This document shows, one piece after another, positions 25,004 to 32,000 of a stretch of DNA of 32,000 nucleotides (positions are counted from its first letter, which is position 1; each line of letters begins with the position of its first letter). Source of the DNA: Aeropyrum pernix K1 (lineage in GTDB: Archaea > Thermoproteota > Thermoprotei_A > Sulfolobales > Acidilobaceae). The stretch covers positions 60,001 through 92,000 of the forward strand of contig NC_000854.2 in assembly GCF_000011125.1 (NCBI RefSeq), read 5' to 3'. Below the pieces are notes generated by a model. The model saw only the letters and a list, made by a program, of their open reading frames with translations, ran no database searches and was not told the DNA's origin. Both the position numbers and the translations under genes were made by a program.

Positions 25004-26056
25004 CTATCCGAACCACATGTCGAGCCTCGACTGCCTGCCCCTGAGCTTCTCCCTGTAAGCCTTCCCCAGCCTCTCGAGGGCCCTCTCCACCCTCTCGGGA
25101 TTGAAGTCGTGCCTCTCTACAAGAATCTCCCTAACCTTGTCCTGATCCGGCTTCCTAAACTCAATCTTGTAGTCGTCTGTGACGGGGGGGTTCAAGAAGT
25201 ACTCGTACACCTTTCTAAGATAATCCGGGTCATATTCCCCCCGTGGGACGGAAGCCAACACCTTCATCGGGTCTCCCAGGCTCTTAACAAGCCTTAGGGC
25301 TGTCTTAGGCCCATAACCCCTCACACCGCCGGGGTTGTAGTCCGTGCCGAGGAGGATACCCACCGCTATCAACTGCTCCCTTGTTATCCCCAGCTTGCTG
25401 AGCAGAGGCTCGAGCTCTATGATCTCCGGCTTTATCTCGACATACTGATCCCTACCCGGGAGCTTCCTACGACCTGTTATGGCTAGGTTTCTCACAAGCC
25501 TAGGCGAGCCGAACAGGAGGCTATCGTAGTCCTGGCTCCCCGTCGCCCATGCATCACCCTTCCTAGCCATATAGGCTGCCTGAGCCTCACCCTCGGCAGG
25601 CGCCTGAACCCAGGGCATCCCCATAGCATCCAGCAGCTCCTTCGACTCCTCCACCATGTCGCTCGTAAGCCTCGCAGCCATCATAGCGTACTTCCTAGCC
25701 TCCTCAACCTCTCCCGCCTCGACAGCCCTCCTATACCTCGCCTCAGCCTCCGCCTTCCTCCTAAGCCTCTCTTCAACCTCCCGGCTCTTCATTTCAGGAG
25801 GCTTCCCGTCGAAGACGTAGACGGGCTTAATACCCTCCTCCACCAGGTTAATGGTCCTGTAGAACAGGCCGCTGAGGTGGCTTGTAACCCTGCCCTCCCT
25901 ATCCAAAAGGGGAGTGCCGTCGGGCTGCCTGATGGCGGTGAGGAACTGGTAGAGCATGTTATACGCGTCAAGCGCTAGAACATACCCCGAGAGAGCCCTA
26001 AGCTCCACCTCCCTCCTAGCCTCGGGAGGAATCAACTCCCTAAGGTTGACTCCCAA
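25004..26056 (-). CDS. fen: Flap endonuclease 1 (FEN-1)
   Basis: Motifs seen are '(L)GVNLRELI...LALDAYNMLYQFL...GRVTSHL.G.FYRT', 'KPVYVFDGKPPEMK', 'APAEGEAQAAYM', 'SQDYDSLLFG' and H3TH 'GTDYNPGGVRGYGPKTA'. The C-terminal PIP box is 'QSRLDMWF' (25010-25033). I place the start at TTG 26054-26056, giving the canonical (M)GVNL N-terminus. The 50 extra codons in the track ORF (to 26209) look like read-through. Confidence 0.93.
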   Translation of the reverse strand: MGVNLRELIPPEARREVELRALSGYVLALDAYNMLYQFLTAIRQPDGTPLLDREGRVTSHLSGLFYRTINLVEEGIKPVYVFDGKPPEMKSREVEERLRRKAEAEARYRRAVEAGEVEEARKYAMMAARLTSDMVEESKELLDAMGMPWVQAPAEGEAQAAYMARKGDAWATGSQDYDSLLFGSPRLVRNLAITGRRKLPGRDQYVEIKPEIIELEPLLSKLGITREQLIAVGILLGTDYNPGGVRGYGPKTALRLVKSLGDPMKVLASVPRGEYDPDYLRKVYEYFLNPPVTDDYKIEFRKPDQDKVREILVERHDFNPERVERALERLGKAYREKLRGRQSRLDMWFG

Positions 26057-26207
26057 TACTAACCCCCCATTTTTGTAAAGAGTGAAGGGCTCCTGATTAA
26101 TCAAAATAATGTCCTGAAGAGCGAGTTCTAAACCGGTTTCGGAAGGGCTGGTTACAATGAGCAACGGTGAAAAACGCCGTAGAGTCCAGTACCTGGGGAG
26201 GCATATC

Positions 26208-26765
26208 ATGATAAAGGGAGTCTATGCTGACAAGCTGCTGGAAGGAAGGAAGACCACTACGATAAGGCTTGGCATAGTTAAGCCCAGGTACAGGGAGGTG
26301 ATAATCCACGGCCACGGAAGGCCGCTGGCTAAGGCAGAAATCGTCGACGTACACGTCAAGAAGGTTTCAGAGCTGACTCTGGAAGACGCTAGGCGAGACG
26401 GGTTCAGGAGCGTCAGAGAGCTCATAGAAAGTCTCGAGAGGGTTTATGGGTATAAACTGGATCCTGAAGATGCTGTGACGATAATACATCTCAGGGTTAA
26501 ACAAAGGTTCGACAACCTAGACCTAAGCGACCCCTATCTAGGGCTGGAGCCGGCAGACATAGCCAGGCTAGGCCTGCGATACCTTGGAGACTCTCTTAGC
26601 GATGAGGAGAAGAGAGTATTAGAGGACCTCACAAGAACAAACAGCATAAGAGCTACAGCAGTAAGGCTCTATGGAAGCATTGAGAGGAGGGGAAGGGTGA
26701 GGAGGGTTTTGAGGAGAGTTCTGCAGGAGCTGTTGCGAAGAGGCCTCATAAAGGGGGAGAAGTGA
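26208..26765 (+). CDS. ASCH-domain (PUA-like fold) protein with an Arg-rich helical C-terminal extension
   Basis: 'MIKGVYADKLLEGRKTTTIRLG' fits the ASCH N-terminal GxKxxExR-type motif. ATG 26208 is preceded by GGGGAGG 7 nt upstream, and an alternative ATG is at 26157. The C-terminal 'RRGRVRRVLRRVLQELLRRGLIK' resembles a wHTH recognition region. It is divergent from fen. Confidence 0.65.
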   Translation: MIKGVYADKLLEGRKTTTIRLGIVKPRYREVIIHGHGRPLAKAEIVDVHVKKVSELTLEDARRDGFRSVRELIESLERVYGYKLDPEDAVTIIHLRVKQRFDNLDLSDPYLGLEPADIARLGLRYLGDSLSDEEKRVLEDLTRTNSIRATAVRLYGSIERRGRVRRVLRRVLQELLRRGLIKGEK

Positions 26766-26986
26766 TATATGGGTTGATAAACCTCGAGATTCTGTATCAC
26801 CCTTCACAACCGCCTCGACTAGTCTAAGCCGCTTCATCGGGGGCATGAGTGGTTATGACGTTAGACACTCTGGCTAGTTAAAGAGGTTTGAGGGGGCGGG
26901 CACTAGACTCCCCTATATACCCTAATCTCTCTACCTCAATCAATGGTTGGATATAAGCGCTCGAGAGGTGGAGCTAGGCTCACGGG

Positions 26987-27286
26987 GTGTCCACGGTTAT
27001 GGGATATACCTTAAACGAGCAGCTAACGGATATTACCATATGTCCAAGGTGCTCAGCACCCTCAGCTATATACAGGTACAGCATCAGTAGCGAGAGAAGC
27101 AATGAAGGCGTTTATGTTAGGATAGTGTATTCTATGAAGTGTGACATTTGCGGGTATAGCGAAAGTATGAGGGGGTCGATGCCTCTAAGCGTTGCCTACA
27201 AGCTACGTCACCTCTTCATTCCCAGGGTGAAGATCGCTCTCGAGAAGACATACCTCCTCGCTGAGAAGCTCGAGAAGAGGGCATAG
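26987..27286 (+). CDS. Hypothetical small zinc-ribbon protein
   Basis: 99-aa ORF (GTG 26987 or ATG 26999). It has 'CPRC' ... 'CDIC', i.e. CxxC-x47-CxxC. TATA-like 'ggatataagc' lies ~30 nt upstream of GTG 26987. No family is recognised. Confidence 0.5.
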   Translation: MSTVMGYTLNEQLTDITICPRCSAPSAIYRYSISSERSNEGVYVRIVYSMKCDICGYSESMRGSMPLSVAYKLRHLFIPRVKIALEKTYLLAEKLEKRA

Positions 27287-27350
27287 CATACCCCCTGCAA
27301 TATAAGGCTCCCGAGCCTTCATCCTACATACTTCAGGGTGTTCGGCAGGC

Positions 27351-27500
27351 TTGAAAGGCTGGAGACTGAAGTGCAGCCAGTGCGGTAGGGAATGGGTGCT
27401 GCCTGTCAGCTTCAGGCTGAACGAGATGGGCAGGCTCTACCATTTCTGCCCGTACTGCAGGGAGAATACTTTCCATTCTGTCGTAGGCAGGGAGGCATAG
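27351..27500 (+). CDS. Candidate 49-aa zinc-ribbon mini-protein (hypothetical)
   Basis: Hand translation gives (L)KGWRLKCSQCGREWVLPVSFRLNEMGRLYHFCPYCRENTFHSVVGREA, with stop TAG 27498-27500. It has CxxC-x22-CxxC. The only in-frame start after the upstream stop (27303-27305) is TTG 27351. It is below the ORF-track cutoff. Confidence 0.35.
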   Translation: MKGWRLKCSQCGREWVLPVSFRLNEMGRLYHFCPYCRENTFHSVVGREA

Positions 27501-27534
27501 GGTATATGCTTTGTTGTGTGTGTAGTGTTCGGAG

Positions 27535-28800
27535 CTAAAGTGTTGTTGAGTACAGGCTCCCCCGGCTGCCTGAAGCTAGCTTCTTAGCCTCTGAGGAGAG
27601 CTCGTCGAGGGTCAACACTTCCTGCTTTCCAGGCTCCCACCTGCGCCTCACAACGACAGTCCCGGTTTCCTCTTCACGTTTCCCAACAACTATTACAAGG
27701 CTAGCCCAGCTTCTACCTGCCTCACGCACCCTTCTCCCCAGCCCGCTCCCCCTTACTATGGACACCCTCACACCTGAAGCTGCAAGGTCCTCAGCTATCC
27801 TCTGGGCGTAACCTTCGCTTTCAGAGTCTACAGGTATCACAGCGGACTGTACGGGTGTAAGGGTGGGGTTGAGGTAGGGTGTTAAACCCTCCTTCCTAGC
27901 CTTTTCAACAAGCATCGAGACCGCCAGCTTGAAGAAGGAGAGAGTGGGGCCCAGGCACACTCTTCCCTCCTTCAAAAATGCTACAGGAAGCTCAGCGCCA
28001 TCGGGACTAGATGCTTTCAAAGCCCCCTCACCACCAGAGAGAAGCGGCTTAACCCCCTCCAGCTGGGGAGAAATTAGTCCCAGAACCCTCGACACGGCCT
28101 CTACAGGATCGTCCTCCAGAGGACCGAAGACTATGCTCGGCGGGTATGGCCCCATCAATAGTGTTGTTACAGAGGATGAAATGCAGGCCTGGTACGCCTC
28201 GCTAAGACTCTCGCCGAAGCCGACGCTCTCAGCAGGCCCGACAACCTCCTCCGCCAAACGCCTATGAACCTCCAGAGCCCAAGAGGCTGGTGATAAGCTG
28301 CCGCCGCCCAAGAGGCCGGCTCGAGCGAGGACCTCGCCAGAGAGGCCGGTCTTATAATCCTCCACTGCAGGCCACGGCTGCAGGGCTCCGGCCTCGGTGA
28401 AGCTCCTAGAGAGTTCGGCTAGTGGGTGCCCCTTGCAGGCTATGCTGAATGACTTGTACCAGCCGAAGGGGGCCCTGTGAACATGCCCTGGAAACTTCGT
28501 CCTCAGGGCTCCCTCTAACTCTATAAGCCTCTTATGGGCTGCCATAGGCTTTGCTAACCTGCTTGAGAGGTGTGCGTAGGGGTATAGGATTACTGTGGTG
28601 ACCTTCAGCCTAGAGGAGTGGGAGGCTATGTCTGAAGCGGCGTACATTACGGTTTGAGGGCCGTCGCCATCCTCCACCGTTGTGAAAACGACTAGAGCCT
28701 CCCCGAACGAGGCTTCGCCGGGAGGGTCTGGCGGGTTCTTGAGGGCGGGCTTCACGGTCTTGTACTCGAATCTGTCTGCGTGGAGGTATAGAAGCCTCAA
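27535..28800 (-). CDS. Free-standing threonyl-tRNA synthetase editing subunit (ThrRS-ed): archaeal N-terminal editing domain, degenerate core and anticodon-binding domain
   Basis: The N-terminus '(M)RLLYLHADRFEYKTVKPALKNPPDP...EALVVFTTVE' matches the archaeal ThrRS N-terminal (DTD-like) editing domain pattern 'MR.LLIH.D..EY....A.KNPE'. The C-terminus 'SAVIPVDSESEGYAQRIAEDLAASGVRVSI...SLVIVVGKREEETGTVVVRRR' is a class IIa anticodon-binding domain. At 421 aa it is far too short for a full ThrRS. TTG start at 28798-28800. Confidence 0.8.
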   Translation of the reverse strand: MRLLYLHADRFEYKTVKPALKNPPDPPGEASFGEALVVFTTVEDGDGPQTVMYAASDIASHSSRLKVTTVILYPYAHLSSRLAKPMAAHKRLIELEGALRTKFPGHVHRAPFGWYKSFSIACKGHPLAELSRSFTEAGALQPWPAVEDYKTGLSGEVLARAGLLGGGSLSPASWALEVHRRLAEEVVGPAESVGFGESLSEAYQACISSSVTTLLMGPYPPSIVFGPLEDDPVEAVSRVLGLISPQLEGVKPLLSGGEGALKASSPDGAELPVAFLKEGRVCLGPTLSFFKLAVSMLVEKARKEGLTPYLNPTLTPVQSAVIPVDSESEGYAQRIAEDLAASGVRVSIVRGSGLGRRVREAGRSWASLVIVVGKREEETGTVVVRRRWEPGKQEVLTLDELSSEAKKLASGSRGSLYSTTL

Positions 28801-28972
28801 CCCTCAGATTCCTCCAGAAGGAAGCTCTTTAACACCCGCATAATATATGCCCTTCGAAACGGGCTGGGGTCGGCCTCCCTAAAAGCCTCAGCCTTTCTAG
28901 GAATAGTAACGGGGCTCCGGGAGACTCCGGATGCCGAGCCCCCTCAGGGTTTTTAAGCTTCCAATGTAGGGG

Positions 28973-28980
28973 TTTATTGA
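28973..28980 (+). promoter_or_regulatory. TATA-like box for radA (leaderless)
   Basis: 'TTTATTGA' is centred ~22-25 nt upstream of ATG 28998. No SD-like element lies in between. Confidence 0.4.
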
Positions 28981-28997
28981 TTAGGGGATTGAAAAAT

Positions 28998-29957
28998 ATG
29001 GGTGAGGACAAGAGGGAGATAAAAGACATAACAGATCTACCGGGAGTCGGCCCTACCACAGCCCAGAAGCTGATGGAGGCCGGCTACACCACTCTCGAAG
29101 CCATAGCGGCGGCTACACCCCAGGAGGTGAGCCAGGCAACAGGTATACCGATACTCACGGCCCAGAAGATAGTTGACGCCGCAAGAGAAGCTCTTAACAT
29201 AGACTTCAAGACCGCTTACGACCTGAAGATCGAGAGCATGAACATTAAAAAGATTACGACGGGGAGCAGGAACCTTGACGAGCTGCTGGGCGGCGGTATA
29301 GAGACTAAGACTATAACGGAGCTTTTCGGTGAGTTCGGGAGCGGCAAGACTCAGATATGCCATCAGCTATCTGTTAACGTCCAGCTCCCCGAAGACAAGG
29401 GAGGCCTCGAGGGTAAGGCGGTATACGTAGATACCGAGGGCACCTTCAGGTGGGAGAGGATAGAGCAGATGGCTCGTGGTGTAGGTCTAGACCCGGACGA
29501 GGTTATGAAGAACATTTACTGGATAAGGGCTATAAACAGCCATCACCAGATAGCGATCGTGGATAAGCTTTTCACTATGGTAAAGAATGATAACATAAAG
29601 CTAGTTGTAGTTGACTCTGTCACAAGCCACTTCAGAGCAGAGTTCCCCGGCAGGGAGAACCTGGCTATGAGGCAGCAGCTGCTCAACAGACATCTCCACC
29701 AGCTCATGAGGCTTGCAGACATTTTCAACGTAGCTGTGGTTATAACTAACCAGGTTATGGCCAGGCCGGACGTCTTCTACGGAGACCCTACCCAGGCTGT
29801 GGGAGGCCATGTGTTGGGCCACGCTCCCGGCGTCAGGGTGTACCTCAAGAAGAGCAGGGGGAACAAGAGGATAGCAAGGGTAGTAGACGCTCCACACTTG
29901 CCCGAGGGTGAGACGGTCTTCGCCATAACGGAGTGGGGTATAAGGGATCCAGAGTAG
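28998..29957 (+). CDS. radA: RadA recombinase (RecA/Rad51 family)
   Basis: The N-terminal HhH domain is '[27 protein letters not shown]'. Walker A is '[14 protein letters not shown]' and Walker B '[12 protein letters not shown]', followed by '[12 protein letters not shown]'. The start is placed at ATG 28998 (MGEDKREIK) rather than the upstream TTG 28977 used in the track. Confidence 0.95.
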   Translation: MGEDKREIKDITDLPGVGPTTAQKLMEAGYTTLEAIAAATPQEVSQATGIPILTAQKIVDAAREALNIDFKTAYDLKIESMNIKKITTGSRNLDELLGGGIETKTITELFGEFGSGKTQICHQLSVNVQLPEDKGGLEGKAVYVDTEGTFRWERIEQMARGVGLDPDEVMKNIYWIRAINSHHQIAIVDKLFTMVKNDNIKLVVVDSVTSHFRAEFPGRENLAMRQQLLNRHLHQLMRLADIFNVAVVITNQVMARPDVFYGDPTQAVGGHVLGHAPGVRVYLKKSRGNKRIARVVDAPHLPEGETVFAITEWGIRDPE

Positions 29958-29989
29958 AGCGGCGTAAAGCCTGCAACACCAGGAGGTGT

Positions 29990-30673
29990 TTGGGGTCGGC
30001 TCCTATTATCGATACCGTAGTTTTTACACCCCACATCCTCCCAGCCGCTGTCGCGACGATACTCCTCTCGGTTGCTGGGTTAATGGATGCTATTTGGAGG
30101 GAGATAGAGCCCGCGTACTGGTACTTAGCCGTAAAAACGTCTATACTAGCCTTTGCAGCTTCGCTCTACCTCGAGGGCGGATTGGCCTCGACGCCGTCTA
30201 AAGCCTTGGTGCACGTAAGCCTTACTCTCATCTTGGTGGCCGTCTCACTAGCATTATTCAAGCTGTGCCTCCTAGGTGGCTCTGATGTCGCCGCCTTCAT
30301 CCTCGTAGCCGTCTCGTCACCTTACTCACCGGGCCTACCAATACCCCCCCTGGCGGTGGCTCTGATAGCCTCAGCCCCCCTGGCCGCAATGTACATTGCA
30401 GTATCCCACGTTAGGCTGAGGCGGCGCGGCGGGCTCCTTACACCCGAGGACCTCGCGTTCGACCCCCGCTTCAAGTGGTGGATACCCCGTGTAGAAGGCG
30501 AGGTTGTGGAGAGGTTCTTCCACGGGTGTAGACTCGACGCCGACCCTCCCGCCCTCGCAGCTCTCACCGGCCTCCGTGTGAGAGCCGAGCCTGGTATACC
30601 CCTGGTAGCATTCATGGCCCTCGGCTACCTAGCGTACGTTGCTGCGGAGCTTCTGGCCATCCAGCCTATCTAG
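29990..30673 (+). CDS. Peptidase A24 family (prepilin/preflagellin-type aspartic signal peptidase, PibD/FlaK-like)
   Basis: The protein is polytopic. The first catalytic-Asp context is 'VAGLMDAIWREIEP' after TM1, and the second is the GxGD-like 'LLGGSDVAAFILV'. The C-terminal 'PGIPLVAFMALGYL' is also family-typical. The start is uncertain. TTG 29990 is the first start after the radA stop, while ATG 30083 would delete TM1. Confidence 0.6.
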   Translation: MGSAPIIDTVVFTPHILPAAVATILLSVAGLMDAIWREIEPAYWYLAVKTSILAFAASLYLEGGLASTPSKALVHVSLTLILVAVSLALFKLCLLGGSDVAAFILVAVSSPYSPGLPIPPLAVALIASAPLAAMYIAVSHVRLRRRGGLLTPEDLAFDPRFKWWIPRVEGEVVERFFHGCRLDADPPALAALTGLRVRAEPGIPLVAFMALGYLAYVAAELLAIQPI

Positions 30674-30678
30674 TCGTG

Positions 30679-30686
30679 ATTTAAAC
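30679..30686 (+). promoter_or_regulatory. TATA-like box for the HIT-DHH gene pair
   Basis: 'ATTTAAAC' is centred ~24 nt upstream of ATG 30706. Confidence 0.35.
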
Positions 30687-30705
30687 AGCTCTCGCGAAAG
30701 CTTTA

Positions 30706-31260
30706 ATGGTGGGGGTGTTTGGACGCTTGTCTAGGCATGTATGGGTGAAGCGGTGGTACAGCATACTCTGGGCTCCTTGGAGGATGAAATATATTAAACA
30801 GGCTGGCAGTCGAGAAGGGTGTGTATTCTGTGAGGCGCCTTCCATGGGTGACGACGCCAAAGCGCTAATAGTCTATAGAGGCAGCCTGTCATACGTTATA
30901 CTTAACAAGTATCCCTACAACAGCGGCCACATAATGGTCACACCTTATAGACACGTGGCGGAGCTTGAGGACCTCACTATGGACGAGATCGTGGAGATGG
31001 CAAAGCTTGTGAGGGCTTCAGTCAAGGCCCTAAAACGCGTCTACGCGCCCCACGGTTTTAATATTGGAGTTAACATAGGCGAGGCGGCGGGAGCCGGTAT
31101 AGCAGGGCACTTTCACATCCACATAGTTCCCAGGTGGAGGGGCGACTCGAACTTCATGCTGACCGTAGGCGGTACTAAGGTGATACCGGAGTCCCTGGAG
31201 GATACATTTAAAAAGCTGAAGCCCGCTGTTGAGGAGGAGGCAAGGAAGGAGGGTGTTTAA
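30706..31260 (+). CDS. HIT-family nucleotide hydrolase/transferase (Ap4A phosphorylase-like subgroup)
   Basis: The histidine triad is 'GHFHIHIVPRW'. 'WAPWRMKYI', 'CVFC' and 'LNKYPYNSGHIMV' are typical of the GalT/Ap4A-phosphorylase-like HIT branch. Confidence 0.85.
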   Translation: MVGVFGRLSRHVWVKRWYSILWAPWRMKYIKQAGSREGCVFCEAPSMGDDAKALIVYRGSLSYVILNKYPYNSGHIMVTPYRHVAELEDLTMDEIVEMAKLVRASVKALKRVYAPHGFNIGVNIGEAAGAGIAGHFHIHIVPRWRGDSNFMLTVGGTKVIPESLEDTFKKLKPAVEEEARKEGV

Positions 31261-31263
31261 ACC

Positions 31264-32000
31264 GTGGAAAACGGGTTCAACCACCTCTTCATAATAACCC
31301 ATACAGACCTCGACGGCATAGGAGCCGGGGCCGTTGCCGTCAGGCTTCTGGGGAGGGTAGACGGGGGTTATACAGTCGTCTTCGCAGAGCCTTACAACTT
31401 GCACAACTCAATAGAGGATATTTTAGACCATCTTGGTAAGGGTGACCTAATAATAATCAGCGACCTCGGCGCTAACAGAGAATCGCTGCCGAGGGCCGCA
31501 GACCTCCTGGCCTCGGCCACGAGTAAAGGTGTCGCGGTGAAATGGTTCGACCACCACATATGGAGCAACGATGAGCTGGAATTACTGAGGAGGGCAGGAG
31601 TTGAAGTCACCGTCGACACATCAACATGCGCCACGGGAGTTGTAGCCAGATACCTAACCCCAGACGGTGGAGACGGTTTTATCAAGCAATTTGTAGATGC
31701 AGTGTGCAGCGCCGACCTCTGGAAGTGGACTCACCCGCTTAGCGGGAAGCTATTCCGTGTTGTTGGAGAGCGTAACCAGGATATGGAGTGGAAGCACAAG
31801 GTCCTTGCCAAGTTCGCCGCCGGCGTTATGTGGGATGAGGAGTTGGAGAAGAGGCTTGAGGGCTATGTGAATGAAGAACTCAGAGGCTACACAACGGCTA
31901 TAAAGAACGCTGTCACCATCAAGATACATGACCTCAGAATAGCTTCGACATACAAAAACTTCAGGGGCCCCCCCAGTAGCAGCATGATAGGGGCCCTACT
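31264..32000 (+). CDS. DHH-family phosphoesterase (RecJ/NrnA-like); 3' end cut by the window edge
   Basis: GTG 31264 lies 3 nt after the HIT stop, and the frame stays open to the window end. Hand translation shows DHH motifs 'FIITHTDLDGIGAG', 'LIIISDLG' and 'KWFDHHIW'. It is absent from the ORF track because there is no stop inside the window. The antisense ORF 31392-31685 is rejected. Confidence 0.75.
   Translation, partial: MENGFNHLFIITHTDLDGIGAGAVAVRLLGRVDGGYTVVFAEPYNLHNSIEDILDHLGKGDLIIISDLGANRESLPRAADLLASATSKGVAVKWFDHHIWSNDELELLRRAGVEVTVDTSTCATGVVARYLTPDGGDGFIKQFVDAVCSADLWKWTHPLSGKLFRVVGERNQDMEWKHKVLAKFAAGVMWDEELEKRLEGYVNEELRGYTTAIKNAVTIKIHDLRIASTYKNFRGPPSSSMIGAL

Noticed and set aside
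26057-26209. The N-terminal 51-codon extension of the fen-1 ORF given in the track (MICLPRYWTLRRF...).
   Set aside because: FEN-1 proteins start with (M)GV.L..L, and TTG at 26054-26056 gives exactly this. The extension would also overlap the divergent ASCH gene start and the promoter region.
26206-26232. CATGATAA-12 nt-CTGA, which resembles half of a C/D box sRNA.
   Set aside because: It coincides with the start codon and first codons of the ASCH gene. The critical G of the C box GA pair is replaced by A, and there is no D/C' partner or terminal stem.
31392-31685. A 97-aa minus-strand ORF, together with 31030-31404 on the minus strand.
   Set aside because: Both are antisense to the HIT gene and to the DHH-family ORF, which carry clear catalytic motifs. 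They are shadow ORFs.
1-32000. A search for CRISPR repeats, tRNA/rRNA genes, and transposase, integrase or IS termini.
   Set aside because: No periodic direct repeats, tRNA-like T-arm/acceptor structures, recombinase-like ORFs or terminal inverted repeats were found by eye. A T-loop-like GGTTCGAAACC at ~5258 lies inside pmbA coding sequence with no cloverleaf context.

Overview
The window is a densely coding chromosomal segment with about 31 protein genes, most likely from a hyperthermophilic crenarchaeon. Supporting this are a Sulfolobus Dpo1-like PolB1, a free-standing ThrRS editing subunit, many TTG/GTG starts, and TATA-like boxes about 24-27 nt upstream of apparently leaderless starts. 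The gene set and order resemble what I recall for Aeropyrum pernix. That assignment is from memory and is not verified.

The content is mostly housekeeping, with a strong concentration of DNA replication, repair and recombination genes:
- PolB1 (9239-12184, minus strand).
- A tightly overlapping mre11-rad50-nurA-herA operon (17777-24637, minus strand), followed by a translationally coupled small membrane ORF.
- FEN-1 with a C-terminal PIP box.
- RadA.

Other content:
- A TldD/TldE (PmbA) protease pair and an HDAC-family deacetylase, bracketed by two paralogous AbrB/SpoVT-PhoU-like regulators.
- A fused membrane cytochrome-b-like/HdrD-like Fe-S oxidoreductase.
- A PAC2 (HbYX-ended) plus sHSP pair.
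- A ferredoxin and a circularly permuted GTPase.
- An ASCH-domain protein, an A24 prepilin-type peptidase, and a HIT-DHH gene pair.
- Ribosomal protein L40e, which is too short to appear in the supplied ORF track.

No CRISPR array, tRNA, rRNA, transposase or integrase could be supported.

The most interesting non-obvious signals are:
1. A candidate C/D box sRNA in the convergent spacer at 17282-17359. Its D-guide is complementary to the conserved archaeal 16S 'GGGUAGUCC' segment.
2. The herA-coupled membrane ORF.
3. A roughly 135-aa low-complexity N-terminal extension on PolB1 carrying PIP-like motifs.
4. Unusually long AT-rich spacers at 1839-2527, 7617-7969 and 12185-12627. The last contains a perfect 20-nt GC palindrome.

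I see no clear novel multi-gene system. The candidates above are modest and are flagged as inference.
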